Positions 1 to 8,058 of a stretch of DNA of 13,107 bases are shown here, piece by piece. The DNA lies in IMG/VR virus record IMGVR_UViG_2648501150_000039; one strand, 5' to 3'. The stretch is from a virus. Its lineage: Duplodnaviria > Heunggongvirae > Uroviricota > Caudoviricetes. Each line of letters begins with the position of its first letter. Position 1 is the stretch's first letter. The position numbers and the translations under genes are program-made. Below the pieces are notes generated by a model, which saw nothing but the letters and a program-made list of their open reading frames with translations, did not search any database and had not been told where the DNA came from.

Positions 1-16
1 AACATGAGCAAACAGA

Positions 17-46
17 CAAAAAAAGGGCCAGCCAATTGGCCAGCCC
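17..46 (-). terminator. Putative rho-independent terminator downstream of the 204..1133 gene
   Basis: Read on the minus strand, plus 25..46 forms an imperfect GC-rich hairpin (GGGCTGGCC-AATT-GGCTGGCCC, two G-U pairs) followed by a 7-nt U tract (plus 17..24 is AAAAAAA). It lies about 160 nt past the stop of the minus-strand CDS. Confidence 0.45.
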
Positions 47-203
47 TTCTTAACAGGATGTCGCTTAAGCGAAATCTTAGTTAAGACGCTTTTACATGAT
101 ACCATTGATAAACATGCATTTTTCATTATAAACAGTTAGTTATATGTATCACTAGTGTAGTCAAGTGCAGCCATAAACATGCTGTGTGGGCAGATTGTGG
201 ACA

Positions 204-1133
204 CTACTTATTTCCCTGTCCAATCTTACCCGCAACTGCCTCGGTAAGCTTTACTAAGGTTTCAAGTTCATTTTTGTCTAATTTTCTTGCTTCAATAATT
301 TCAGTAGTCTGCCCTGATTCTAGTTTTCCAACTCTTGAGCTAAAATTAATTTTATCCAGAAGGTCTATCATATCGATATCTTTCTGGCTAGCCATTACAA
401 GCTTTATAATGGCATAGCTTTCCTCACGTGAACGTTTTATTGCCTCGTAATAGCGAAACTCATCCATCGTAACCCGATATTGCTTCAAAAAGAAAAATGC
501 GATTAACTCCAAGAAAATCAACACGCCAAAATTAGGGAGAAGATACATTACCTTGGTTACCGCATCATCCTTAGCATCAATTACATGTGATTGAGAATAG
601 AAGAAACCTAATCCAACTATTGCAAAACAAACACCGACTAATAAATAAAGACTACCGCGAGAATATATGTTTTTCGCAAGACCTTCAGAGCTATTAATCA
701 AACCTTTAAGATAAAAATCCAGAGATTCATCTTCATCAGCAGCAGCCCTTTCCTCTTGAGCCTTCTTGAGTAGTTTTATCTCATTTATAATATCGACAAT
801 ATTAAACATCGATGATTTGTCGACTGAATCACTCCCTGTAATTCTCATAAACATTCTTTGGATTGGAGACACACCATAGATAATGGTGTAAACGATTACA
901 AATGACACTGCGAATATTGACCTGATAAAGCTCGGCAAATGTGTAAGATCTGCTCTCGCACTGGGAAATAAATAATAAAAGGTTGAGTCTAATATCCCTG
1001 TAGCAAAAATTACATTTGCAACTAGAAAGACTGCACCTATCTCAACTAAATTATAAAAACCACGAGTGCGTACCCTAATGACTTTGGCCTCGGTCATTCT
1101 TGGAGGTGTTTCGATGGTTGGCTCACTCATCAT
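204..1133 (-). CDS. Hypothetical membrane protein, four predicted transmembrane helices in two hairpins separated by a charged coiled-coil-like linker; function unknown
   Basis: 309-aa uninterrupted ORF. Hydrophobic stretches LVEIGAVFLVANVIFATGIL, IFAVSFVIVYTIIYGV, LYLLVGVCFAIVGLGFFY and VLIFLELIAFFFL. AGGA lies upstream of an ATGATG start. The gene is visibly AT-rich compared with the tail genes. I recognise no family. Confidence 0.6.
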   Translation of the reverse strand: MMSEPTIETPPRMTEAKVIRVRTRGFYNLVEIGAVFLVANVIFATGILDSTFYYLFPSARADLTHLPSFIRSIFAVSFVIVYTIIYGVSPIQRMFMRITGSDSVDKSSMFNIVDIINEIKLLKKAQEERAAADEDESLDFYLKGLINSSEGLAKNIYSRGSLYLLVGVCFAIVGLGFFYSQSHVIDAKDDAVTKVMYLLPNFGVLIFLELIAFFFLKQYRVTMDEFRYYEAIKRSREESYAIIKLVMASQKDIDMIDLLDKINFSSRVGKLESGQTTEIIEARKLDKNELETLVKLTEAVAGKIGQGNK

Positions 1134-1410
1134 ATAATCCTGTTAAATTAGAAATAGGGTTAAGAGTTACAGCTTCTTCTAAATGATCTGGTGCAAAATG
1201 AGCGTATCTCATGGTTTCCCTAATGTTAGAATGGCCCAAGATTCGTTGCAGTACTAAAATGTTCCCACCATTCATCATAAAGTGACTCGCAAATGTATGA
1301 CGTAACACATTCGTTTTTTGCCCTTCAGCTAACTCTATATCGGTCAGAGCGAGCATTTTCTTGAACTCCTGATAGCAGGGGTGGAACATTTTTCCCTGTA
1401 AAGGAGCCAA
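1123..1410 (-). pseudogene. Tyrosine recombinase (phage integrase) C-terminal fragment, 5'-truncated
   Basis: The 95-aa translation carries the catalytic C-terminal signature of tyrosine recombinases (VLRHTFASH ... LGHSNIRETMRYAH, with the His/Arg and Tyr boxes). The N-terminal two thirds are absent: sequence upstream of 1410 encodes tail-fibre segments on the other strand. The stop TGA overlaps the ATGATG start of the 204..1133 gene. Confidence 0.85.
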
Positions 1411-1447
1411 CTCGTCATATAGCCACCGAGGGATCGGTACTGTACGA

Positions 1448-1473
1448 TTCTTCTTTCCCTTGGTTTGGGAGAA
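1448..1473. repeat. Left crossover site of invertible segment (gix/hix-like, about 26 bp)
   Basis: The reverse complement of 1458..1474 (CTTCTCCCAAACCAAGG) matches 3466..3482 (CTTCTCCTAAACCAACG) at 15 of 17 positions, in inverted orientation. The half-site TTCTCCCAAACC resembles the Hin/Gin half-site (TTCTTGAAAACC / TTATCCAAAACC as I recall them). The central dinucleotide is AA/TT. The site sits in the fibre reading frame and encodes G-L-G-E. Confidence 0.7.
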
Positions 1474-1959
1474 GGCTCTGCATTACCTGTTGGCGTCCCT
1501 GTTCCGTGGCCTTCAGCCACACCGCCAACAGGCTGGCTGAAATGCAATGGTGCAGCTTTTTCTGCTGAAGAATACCCGGAACTGGCAAAGGCTTATCCGG
1601 CAAATAAATTGCCTGATTTACGTGGTGAGTTTATTCGTGGCTGGGATGACGGACGGGGGATTGATACAGGTCGCTCTATTTTAAGTATTCAGGGGTATGC
1701 AACGGAGGATCATGCTCATGGATTACCGTCAAGATCCACGATTGTGACTGATGCAACGATTAATTTCTATTTTGATGAAAGCTGGGTAAATAGTGGCACT
1801 GACATTATCAAAAGAGGAAACACAAACGATGCCGGATTACCAGCACCGGATTATGGAACCTTTAAAACATATAAACAATCAGTGGCTGGTTTAGGTGCCG
1901 CAGCCTCAGAAACGCGTCCGCGTAATATTGCATTTAACTATATCGTGAGGTCAGCCTGA
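1465..1959 (+). CDS. Tail fibre C-terminal variable segment (Sv-like, tail-collar type); lacks the N-terminal constant part
   Basis: Translation contains tail-collar-like motifs (PTGWLKCNGAAFSAEEYPELAKAY, LPDLRGEFIRGWDDGRGIDTGR). The frame is open only from 1423 and has no upstream coding sequence to join. The stop overlaps the start of the next gene (TGATG). Confidence 0.8.
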   Translation: MGEGSALPVGVPVPWPSATPPTGWLKCNGAAFSAEEYPELAKAYPANKLPDLRGEFIRGWDDGRGIDTGRSILSIQGYATEDHAHGLPSRSTIVTDATINFYFDESWVNSGTDIIKRGNTNDAGLPAPDYGTFKTYKQSVAGLGAAASETRPRNIAFNYIVRSA

Positions 1960-2561
1960 TGCATAAAGCAATATTAAATAGTGAGCTTATTGCAACAAAG
2001 GCAGGGGATGTTACCGTTTATAACTACGATGGTGAAACACGGGAATATATTTCCACGTCAACTGAATATCTTGCGGTTGGCGTCGGTATCCCGGCATGTT
2101 CTTGTTTAGATGCGCCAGTTACACATAAAGCTGGTTATGCAATCTGCCGTTCTGCAGATTTTAACTCATGGGAATATGTGCCAGACCATCGCGGTGAAAT
2201 CATCTATAGCACCGAAACAGGAGAATCGAAAGAAATCACAGCTCCGGGTGATTATCCTGAAAATACAACCACTATCGCCCCGTTAACGCCATACGATGAA
2301 TGGGATGGTGAGAAATGGGTAACAGATACTGTGGCACAGCATAGCGCCGCAGTAGGCGCGGCAGAAGCACAGCGTCAGTCACTGATTGATAATGCAATGG
2401 CTTCCATTAGTCTGATTCAGCTGAAATTGCAGGCCGGACGGAATCTGACGCAGGCAGAAACCGCCCGACTTAACGCTGCGCTGGATTACATTGACGCGGT
2501 GACGGCAACAGATACCAGCACCGCGCCGGATGTCATCTGGCCTGAACTGCCGGAGGCGTAG
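1959..2561 (+). CDS. Tail fibre assembly protein (Tfa / P2 gpG / Mu U family)
   Basis: 200 aa, immediately downstream of the fibre variable segment. The C-terminal DVIWPELPEA matches the conserved Tfa C-terminal motif. Confidence 0.85.
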   Translation: MHKAILNSELIATKAGDVTVYNYDGETREYISTSTEYLAVGVGIPACSCLDAPVTHKAGYAICRSADFNSWEYVPDHRGEIIYSTETGESKEITAPGDYPENTTTIAPLTPYDEWDGEKWVTDTVAQHSAAVGAAEAQRQSLIDNAMASISLIQLKLQAGRNLTQAETARLNAALDYIDAVTATDTSTAPDVIWPELPEA

Positions 2562-2976
2562 GCCATTCAATATCTGGCGCACCGGAAGTATCGACCAGTT
2601 CCAGTGCGTCCAGATAATCCAGCCACAAATTATATTGCGCCAGTTCCTCACCTTTCAGGCGACCAATCGCCGCTTTACCAGGCCATTGCTTACTGTATAT
2701 GTATTCGTTGACCTGATTAATCAATTGCTGCTTTTCCAGTTCGGCTGCAGCAATTTGTTCCTCATGAGTTGGCGGTGGAATTTCCCCCCAGGTGGGAAGG
2801 CCATCATCACCCGCGATGCGTACTTTCCCTTGCAACGTTCTGTCTTCAATAAATTCCAGGTAAGTGTCATATGTCACTTCGACAACATCAGCAAGTTCCC
2901 ATCCGGCCTGTTCATATTTCGCCACATCATTTTTAGCGAAAAAACTATTTTTTGAGGCGCTATAAACCATTTCCAT
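2533..2976 (-). CDS. Alternative tail fibre assembly protein (Tfa', opposite orientation)
   Basis: 147 aa, convergent with the other tfa gene and overlapping its 3' end by 29 bp. The C-terminal DIEWPTPPAV matches the Tfa motif. This is the Mu U/U'-like arrangement. Confidence 0.8.
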   Translation of the reverse strand: MEMVYSASKNSFFAKNDVAKYEQAGWELADVVEVTYDTYLEFIEDRTLQGKVRIAGDDGLPTWGEIPPPTHEEQIAAAELEKQQLINQVNEYIYSKQWPGKAAIGRLKGEELAQYNLWLDYLDALELVDTSGAPDIEWPTPPAVQAR

Positions 2977-2977
2977 A

Positions 2978-3553
2978 TTAATACCCTACTGCAATATAAA
3001 AAACTGATTCACCAGCGTCCTGAGAACCTACCCCCGGAACGCCAGACCAGGTTTTGTTAATGAATGCAAAACTGGTATTACTCAGATCAGATGCTCTGTA
3101 CATCGGGCTGAACATCCAGTAGTTGGCTCCATATGTTTGTCCGAAAACAATGCCATAGCACTGATTTGTAAATGGCGTAGAAAATAATTTTCCACCAGTA
3201 CCAGCGATAGTCCCGAATCGCATCTGGAACCCATTCGGGAAATTAATTCCGCCTGCCGGTGAAGACCAGTAAGACATATCAGGTATTTGCCCAGCACTAT
3301 TTCCCACGTTTTTTGTTGCAACGGTTCCTAACCCAAGATTAGCTCTTGCGTCAGATTTATTTGTTAACTCATAAAGATTATTTGCCTTTTGAAGTGCTCC
3401 TATTATGCGTAAATCATCACCAGCGGCAACGGTTCCGACTGTCGTGCCCACATCCCTTTTCGCCGCTTCTCCTAAACCAACGTTTTCGTTTTTATCCCTA
3501 CCTATACCAACTCTGTATTTTTCACGAAACAAAGAGGATGTTTTTTTATGCAA
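2978..3553 (-). CDS. Alternative tail fibre C-terminal variable segment (Sv'-like)
   Basis: Open frame on the minus strand running through the right crossover site, where it encodes NENVGLGE (the same GLGE junction as the left site). It is glycine-rich and fibre-like, and lies immediately upstream of tfa' on the same strand. The tracked start is an artefact; there is no constant N-terminal region. Confidence 0.7.
   Translation of the reverse strand: MHKKTSSLFREKYRVGIGRDKNENVGLGEAAKRDVGTTVGTVAAGDDLRIIGALQKANNLYELTNKSDARANLGLGTVATKNVGNSAGQIPDMSYWSSPAGGINFPNGFQMRFGTIAGTGGKLFSTPFTNQCYGIVFGQTYGANYWMFSPMYRASDLSNTSFAFINKTWSGVPGVGSQDAGESVFYIAVGY
3467..3492. repeat. Right crossover site of invertible segment (gix/hix-like)
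   Basis: TTCTCCTAAACC-AA-CGTTTTCGTTTT; 3466..3482 is the inverted-repeat partner of 1458..1474. It lies 55 bp upstream of the invertase start codon. Confidence 0.7.
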
Positions 3554-4147
3554 ATTGGCTATATTCGTGTGTCAACAAATGACCAGAACACGGATTTACA
3601 ACGCAATGCACTGAACTGCGCAGGATGTGAACTGATTTTTGAAGATAAAATCAGCGGAACGAAATCAGCCAGACCGGGATTGAAAAAACTGCTCAGAACG
3701 CTATCAGAAGGAGATACGCTGGTTGTCTGGAAGCTGGACAGACTGGGCAGAAGTATGAAACACCTGATCACGCTTATTGAGGAATTGCGGGAAAAAGGTG
3801 TTAATTTCCGTAGTCTGACGGACAGCATTGACACATCAACACCCATGGGGCGTTTCTTTTTTCACGTCATGGGGGCTTTAGCCGAAATGGAACGTGAATT
3901 AATTGTAGAGCGTACACTGGCCGGGCTGGCAGCAGCACGCGCACAAGGACGCATTGGCGGACGTCGCCCGAAGTTGACAAAAGAACAACACGAGCAAATA
4001 GCGAGGCTGATTAAAAACGGTCATGACAGGAAACAACTGGCGATCATTTACGACATCGGCATATCGACGATTTATCGTTATCACCCTGTAGGCGATATAC
4101 AGGCTGAAGAAACAACCAGGCAGACTCAGGAAAATAAAAACCGCTAA
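3548..4147 (+). CDS. Site-specific DNA invertase, serine recombinase (Hin/Gin/Pin/Cin family)
   Basis: The N-terminus MQIGYIRVSTNDQNTDLQRNAL contains the catalytic serine motif of resolvase/invertases. A C-terminal helix-turn-helix region follows (GRRPKLTKEQHEQIARLIKNGHDRKQLAIIYDIGISTIYRY). AGAGGA lies upstream of the ATG. The gene is adjacent to the invertible fibre segment. Confidence 0.95.
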   Translation: MQIGYIRVSTNDQNTDLQRNALNCAGCELIFEDKISGTKSARPGLKKLLRTLSEGDTLVVWKLDRLGRSMKHLITLIEELREKGVNFRSLTDSIDTSTPMGRFFFHVMGALAEMERELIVERTLAGLAAARAQGRIGGRRPKLTKEQHEQIARLIKNGHDRKQLAIIYDIGISTIYRYHPVGDIQAEETTRQTQENKNR

Positions 4148-4164
4148 TCTGACCATTAGCGGTT
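4139..4164. terminator. Bidirectional terminator hairpin between convergent invertase and gpU genes
   Basis: AACCGCTAAT-CTGACC-ATTAGCGGTT forms a 10-bp stem. T/A-rich flanks on both sides (AAAATAAAAA upstream, TTTTGCG downstream). The invertase stop codon lies inside the stem. Confidence 0.55.
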
Positions 4165-4173
4165 TTGCGTTAA

Positions 4174-4668
4174 TCAAAACAGCCCTTTAACGGAGCTGGC
4201 CGCGCTGTTAAGGGATGATGTGACCTTATCTTTGAAGCCGGACAGCATATCACTGAACGATGAGGATTGCAGGCGCTCCCGCAAATCCTCATCACAGCGT
4301 TCAAGAGTCAGTGAAAATTCTATCTTTTTCGCCTTACCGTAGCGATCAAACTCGGAACGGGTCGTATTCGTTTCAGTCAGTACATACATGCCGTAAATCT
4401 GCCCGACACCATCAATCAGAGGCCAGGGGCGTCCTGTATATGCCTGCGTGGTCAGCAACGAAAGCGACACTTCGCCACCTGTAATTTCAGGATAAAGCAC
4501 GCCGGAAAGCACGATGCGATCATCACCTGCGCCGATATACTGCCAGCTTGCTGAACGGTTAACGCGTTCATTTTTCACATGCCGCCAGCTTTTGTTTTGC
4601 TGTAACTGCTGATGCGGCAATGTGCGCAGCTCAAAAACAAACATGCCGTAGATCATCATCATGGCCAT
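4174..4668 (-). CDS. Phage tail protein, P2 gpU-like
   Basis: 164-aa ORF directly downstream of the tape measure gene in the same orientation, matching the position and size of gpU in the P2 FI-FII-E-T-U-D order. The exact start among several N-terminal Met codons is uncertain. Confidence 0.75.
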   Translation of the reverse strand: MAMMMIYGMFVFELRTLPHQQLQQNKSWRHVKNERVNRSASWQYIGAGDDRIVLSGVLYPEITGGEVSLSLLTTQAYTGRPWPLIDGVGQIYGMYVLTETNTTRSEFDRYGKAKKIEFSLTLERCDEDLRERLQSSSFSDMLSGFKDKVTSSLNSAASSVKGLF

Positions 4669-4674
4669 GACTCC

Positions 4675-7524
4675 TCAATCTTTATCGTAAAAACTGCCAC
4701 GCCCGGCACGGGCGCGCCGTTCCATTTCTGCCCTGACCATTTCGCCAATCAGTTTCGCCAGTTCGCGGGGATTCTGTGTAACAACGTTATGCAGATGAAC
4801 ATGAATTTCACCGCCAAATCCGGAGGCAACAGGCTCCCGGTTACGGGAAGTTGCAGGAACTGATGCCACTGGCGATCGTATAGCCTCCGCCACCGGGCGG
4901 GAGCTGGCCGCAACAACAGGGACCAGCGCCGGAGGCAGCGGAGCCGGAACCACGGGTGTGATAGTAATTGCGGGGGCAGGCTTACTGACCTGCGCAATCT
5001 TCCGCTCCTGCCACTCCCCACGAACAGCAAGTGCGCGGGGCAGGTTCTTAAAGACAATATCGCCGGGGCCAATGCGTTTTTTCGTCTCATCAACCAGCTT
5101 ACCTGTGTTATCAGCAATTTTGCTGAGTCTGCGTAGCGTACCGGTATTGTTGTCTGTGAGCGGTTTGTTGTCTCTGGGTTTATCGCCTTTTTTGTCGTCG
5201 ACCTTATCTGACGGGGCCGGGCCGGGAGTCCATGGTTTCTGAACCATTTTCTTGAGAACCGGATCCCATTCCCACATTACAGGAGCCTTTGAAGCGTTCT
5301 CTATTTTCTTTCTCGCCCGTTCCGCTTCATCCGGAAGCACTCCGAGCTTTTCAAGTATCCACGCCAGTGAATCCATCAATGCTTTTGTTGGCGTCAGGAC
5401 AAGCTCTATCGCTCCACCGAGTACCCTGCCGAATACCTCGCCAGCACTGGTACATTTATCCAGCGTTTCCTTGCTGGACTCCATCGGTGACAGCAGCGAT
5501 TTAAACCAGTTAAAGACCTGAATAATCCCATCGCGCACGACATCAAAAACTGGACCGAACCGTTCAAAGGTTTCGCGCAACGGAGCCAGCCGTTCCATAA
5601 TCCCACTGAACACCCCTGCATAAAACGCCTTGATGGGTTCCCAGTATTTCCAGATGAGAACCGCCGCAGCCACAAACGCAGCAGCAATCAATCCGACCGG
5701 GCTGAACAGCGCCCCGATAGCGCCCCCCAGTAACGAAACGGAACCCGTCACCATTCCCCATAGTGCTGGCAGGAGCCTGACAGCATTCATTGATCCGGTC
5801 AGGAGGGAAAAGCCAAGACGCAGTTTTGCCAGCGGGCCAGCAAGCACACCAATAGCCAACGACAACGAGCCGACCGTTGCAGTCATCGCCAGCAATGCCC
5901 CACCTGCAATCAGTAGCTGGCGCGTCAGTGCCGGATGGGCCTGCGCCAGCGCCGTCACCTTTGATACCACCCGCGTGAGCCACTGCGTGACAGAACGCAG
6001 CGGACCGTCAATCAGATCTGCAATGCGGATGCGCAACCCTTCCCATGCACTGCCGAGTGATTTCAGATCGCCGTCAAGGTTGTTGGCCATAACCTTTGCT
6101 GTGCGTTCAGCCTCACCGCGCGCGCCTTCAAGTTCTTTTCTCAGTTTGGGTAAGGAGCCGTCACCCGCTGCATCAACGAGCGCCATAAACGATGTGAAAG
6201 CCTCTTCTCCGGCAATGTCCTTAAAGAACGATACCCGGTCAACTTCCCCGTATTTGCGGGTGGCTTTATAAAGGTCGGCCAGTACATCCTCCATCGGGCG
6301 CATTTTGCCGTTCGCGTCAGAGACAGCCACACCCAGCTCTTTCAGCGCCTCTGCTGCCGCCTTTGGCGGTGATGCCAGACGAGCCAGGCTGGCACGCATT
6401 GCCGTCCCGGCATCACTCCCTCTGATGCCCATATTCGCCAGCACGCCCGCCATCGCAGCGGCCTGCTCCAGCGATATTCCCAGCTTACCCGCCACCGGAC
6501 CTGCATATTTCATGGTTTCGCCCAGCGCGCGAAGGTCAGTGTTGGTACGGGTAAACGCCGCTGTAAGCGTGTCGCCAACCCGGTCCATCTGGTCAGCAGA
6601 GAGGCCGAACTGCGTCAGGATATTTGAGCCAATATCCGCCGTCTCGCCGAGATCCATACCGCCAGCCGTTGCCATGCTCAGCACGCCGGGAAACGCAGCC
6701 TGAATGGCCTGCGGAGTAAAACCAGCCATTGCAAGAAATGCCTGTCCACTGGCGGCATCTCCAGCGGTGAACTGCGTTTCAGAGCCAAGTTTTAACGCCT
6801 GCTCACGCAGCGCCTTAAACTGTGGGCTGTTTTTGTCGATTCGCGTCAGTGCCTGAACGCGGGACATCTCTTTCCCGAACCCAATCGCGGGCTGCAAAAA
6901 ACGCCCGGCAGCATAGCCGCCCGCCGCTGCCGCACCTGTTGCCAGTGCACCACCTGTTTTCAGTTTTCCCGCGGTTTCCTGCGCGCGCGAATACCGCTCA
7001 CGCGCCCGCGTTACACGCGCAAGCGCCTGCCGTTCGCGTTCAAGCTGGTTGTTGTACTGTTCGGTGCGTCTGATGGCCTGCTGGATGGTGTTATCGCTGC
7101 CTGTCAGGGAAATGCCGTGGCGTTTCAGCTCTCCGCCAAGCTCCCGCATTTTCTGAATCTCCCGTGTGCGCGATTCATTCAGGCGTTCAAGCCGGGTGCT
7201 TAACTGCTGCATCAGCTTTTGTTGTTTTTCGCTGAGCACTGTACCCGTGCGTTGTAACTGATTAAGGGCGTTAAGCTGGCGTCGTGCTTTCACGATACCC
7301 GCATCCGCTTTACTGACAGCGTCGCGGGCGCGCTCAAATGAACGCGCCTGACGCTCGAGATTTTTGATCGCCCCCTGCGTTCGCTGGATGGAGTCACCAA
7401 ACTGCCCCATCAGGCGGCGTGCGTTTTCTGCAGGTCGGGTCAGCCTGTCAACGGCGCTGAAAGCGACCCGGATATCAAGAGTCTTCATTGTCTGCATTCC
7501 CGCTGCGAAGTGCCGCCCGCTCAC
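4675..7524 (-). CDS. Tail tape measure protein (P2 gpT-like)
   Basis: 949-aa ORF with a coiled-coil N-terminal third (repeated QRTxxL, ERxRQALAR-type heptads), a central Gly/Ala-rich hydrophobic segment, and a position between E/E' and U. The true start may be an internal Met (MQTMKTL), overlapping the end of E'. Confidence 0.9.
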   Translation of the reverse strand: MSGRHFAAGMQTMKTLDIRVAFSAVDRLTRPAENARRLMGQFGDSIQRTQGAIKNLERQARSFERARDAVSKADAGIVKARRQLNALNQLQRTGTVLSEKQQKLMQQLSTRLERLNESRTREIQKMRELGGELKRHGISLTGSDNTIQQAIRRTEQYNNQLERERQALARVTRARERYSRAQETAGKLKTGGALATGAAAAGGYAAGRFLQPAIGFGKEMSRVQALTRIDKNSPQFKALREQALKLGSETQFTAGDAASGQAFLAMAGFTPQAIQAAFPGVLSMATAGGMDLGETADIGSNILTQFGLSADQMDRVGDTLTAAFTRTNTDLRALGETMKYAGPVAGKLGISLEQAAAMAGVLANMGIRGSDAGTAMRASLARLASPPKAAAEALKELGVAVSDANGKMRPMEDVLADLYKATRKYGEVDRVSFFKDIAGEEAFTSFMALVDAAGDGSLPKLRKELEGARGEAERTAKVMANNLDGDLKSLGSAWEGLRIRIADLIDGPLRSVTQWLTRVVSKVTALAQAHPALTRQLLIAGGALLAMTATVGSLSLAIGVLAGPLAKLRLGFSLLTGSMNAVRLLPALWGMVTGSVSLLGGAIGALFSPVGLIAAAFVAAAVLIWKYWEPIKAFYAGVFSGIMERLAPLRETFERFGPVFDVVRDGIIQVFNWFKSLLSPMESSKETLDKCTSAGEVFGRVLGGAIELVLTPTKALMDSLAWILEKLGVLPDEAERARKKIENASKAPVMWEWDPVLKKMVQKPWTPGPAPSDKVDDKKGDKPRDNKPLTDNNTGTLRRLSKIADNTGKLVDETKKRIGPGDIVFKNLPRALAVRGEWQERKIAQVSKPAPAITITPVVPAPLPPALVPVVAASSRPVAEAIRSPVASVPATSRNREPVASGFGGEIHVHLHNVVTQNPRELAKLIGEMVRAEMERRARAGRGSFYDKD

Positions 7525-7711
7525 GCCAGCTAACCACTTCGCCGGGCGTCATCATGAAGATTTCGGCGGGCGACCAGTTAAAAATAACGGCAATATCTGC
7601 CACAAAGTCTTCTATGTGCTCAAAGCACACAACCGTGATCAGGCTTCCGTCGCCTGTTCGTTCTTCCCGCCAGAGTCCGCACCGCTCAAAAAATTTACGG
7701 CAACCACACAT
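7475..7711 (-). CDS. E' frame: C-terminal extension of the E+E' tail assembly chaperone, reached by -1 frameshift
   Basis: This ORF is in the -1 frame relative to E, begins around the slippery heptamer, and ends overlapping the start of T, as in the P2 E/E'/T arrangement. It is not an independent gene. Confidence 0.7.
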   Translation of the reverse strand: MCGCRKFFERCGLWREERTGDGSLITVVCFEHIEDFVADIAVIFNWSPAEIFMMTPGEVVSWRERAALRSGNADNEDS

Positions 7712-8004
7712 AACTGAATAAAGTCACGGGATGCCATTTTTTTGATCGTCACTTCATCCAGTCGCGGTGATGTCACGCGTGACAGCAGCGTAAACATGGA
7801 TTCCGCTTTCAGATTCAGCACATCAGACAGCGACAAATCTCGCAGAGATCCAGCCTGCTCAATAGCCCCGGTGATCTCCACATACGTGATTTTTTCGCCG
7901 CCTCGCTCAATTGGTTGGGTAAGTTTTACGCCACGCTCACTGGTTTCTTTCACAGTGTCAGCAACTACCGTGTTTTCGGTATCGATGTTTTTCGTCTCTT
8001 TCAT
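7639..8004 (-). CDS. Tail assembly chaperone, P2 gpE-like (0-frame product)
   Basis: 121-aa ORF between the tail tube and tape measure genes. AAAGGAG lies 7 nt upstream of the ATG. It contains the slippery site near its 3' end. Confidence 0.75.
   Translation of the reverse strand: MKETKNIDTENTVVADTVKETSERGVKLTQPIERGGEKITYVEITGAIEQAGSLRDLSLSDVLNLKAESMFTLLSRVTSPRLDEVTIKKMASRDFIQLCVVAVNFLSGADSGGKNEQATEA
7687..7693 (-). other. Programmed -1 ribosomal frameshift slippery heptamer T_TTT_TTG (E to E+E')
   Basis: The minus strand reads GTA AAT TTT TTG AGC in the E frame (V N F L S). Slipping back one nucleotide enters the 7475..7711 frame (RKFFERCGLW...). TTTTTTG is the heptamer used by P2-like E/E' genes. 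Confidence 0.75.
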
Positions 8005-8058
8005 CAGGAAACTCCTTTCAGTCAGAGGCGGCGCACTGCGCCGCCTGCATATTACTTA

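Noticed and set aside
62-71. Perfect 10-bp palindrome CGCTTAAGCG in the left AT-rich flank
   Set aside because: Short palindromes of this size occur by chance; there is no flanking U-tract or repeat partner elsewhere in the window.
184-417. 77-aa plus-strand ORF overlapping the 3' end of the membrane protein gene
   Set aside because: Antisense to a longer ORF with coherent transmembrane architecture; no convincing start context; likely spurious.
1344-1603. Two minus-strand ORFs (1344..1547 and 1415..1603) spanning the int/fibre junction
   Set aside because: They overlap the well-supported fibre variable segment and the integrase fragment in other frames. They do not extend the integrase N-terminus and their translations have no recognisable features.
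2379-2955. ORFs 2379..2651 (minus) and 2530..2955 (plus) inside the tail-fibre assembly genes
   Set aside because: Antisense or shadow frames of the two convergent tfa genes. The tfa frames carry the conserved C-terminal W-P motif; these do not.
4749-7073. Numerous 60-210-aa ORFs on the plus strand and in alternative minus-strand frames inside the tape measure gene (for example 4958..5242, 5252..5521, 5630..6271, 6305..6703, 6822..7073, 4749..5117, 5564..5983)
   Set aside because: They are nested in a long, well-supported GC-rich gene. Their translations are low-complexity (Ser/Ala/Arg/Pro-rich), typical of shadow frames in GC-rich DNA, and they have no ribosome-binding sites.
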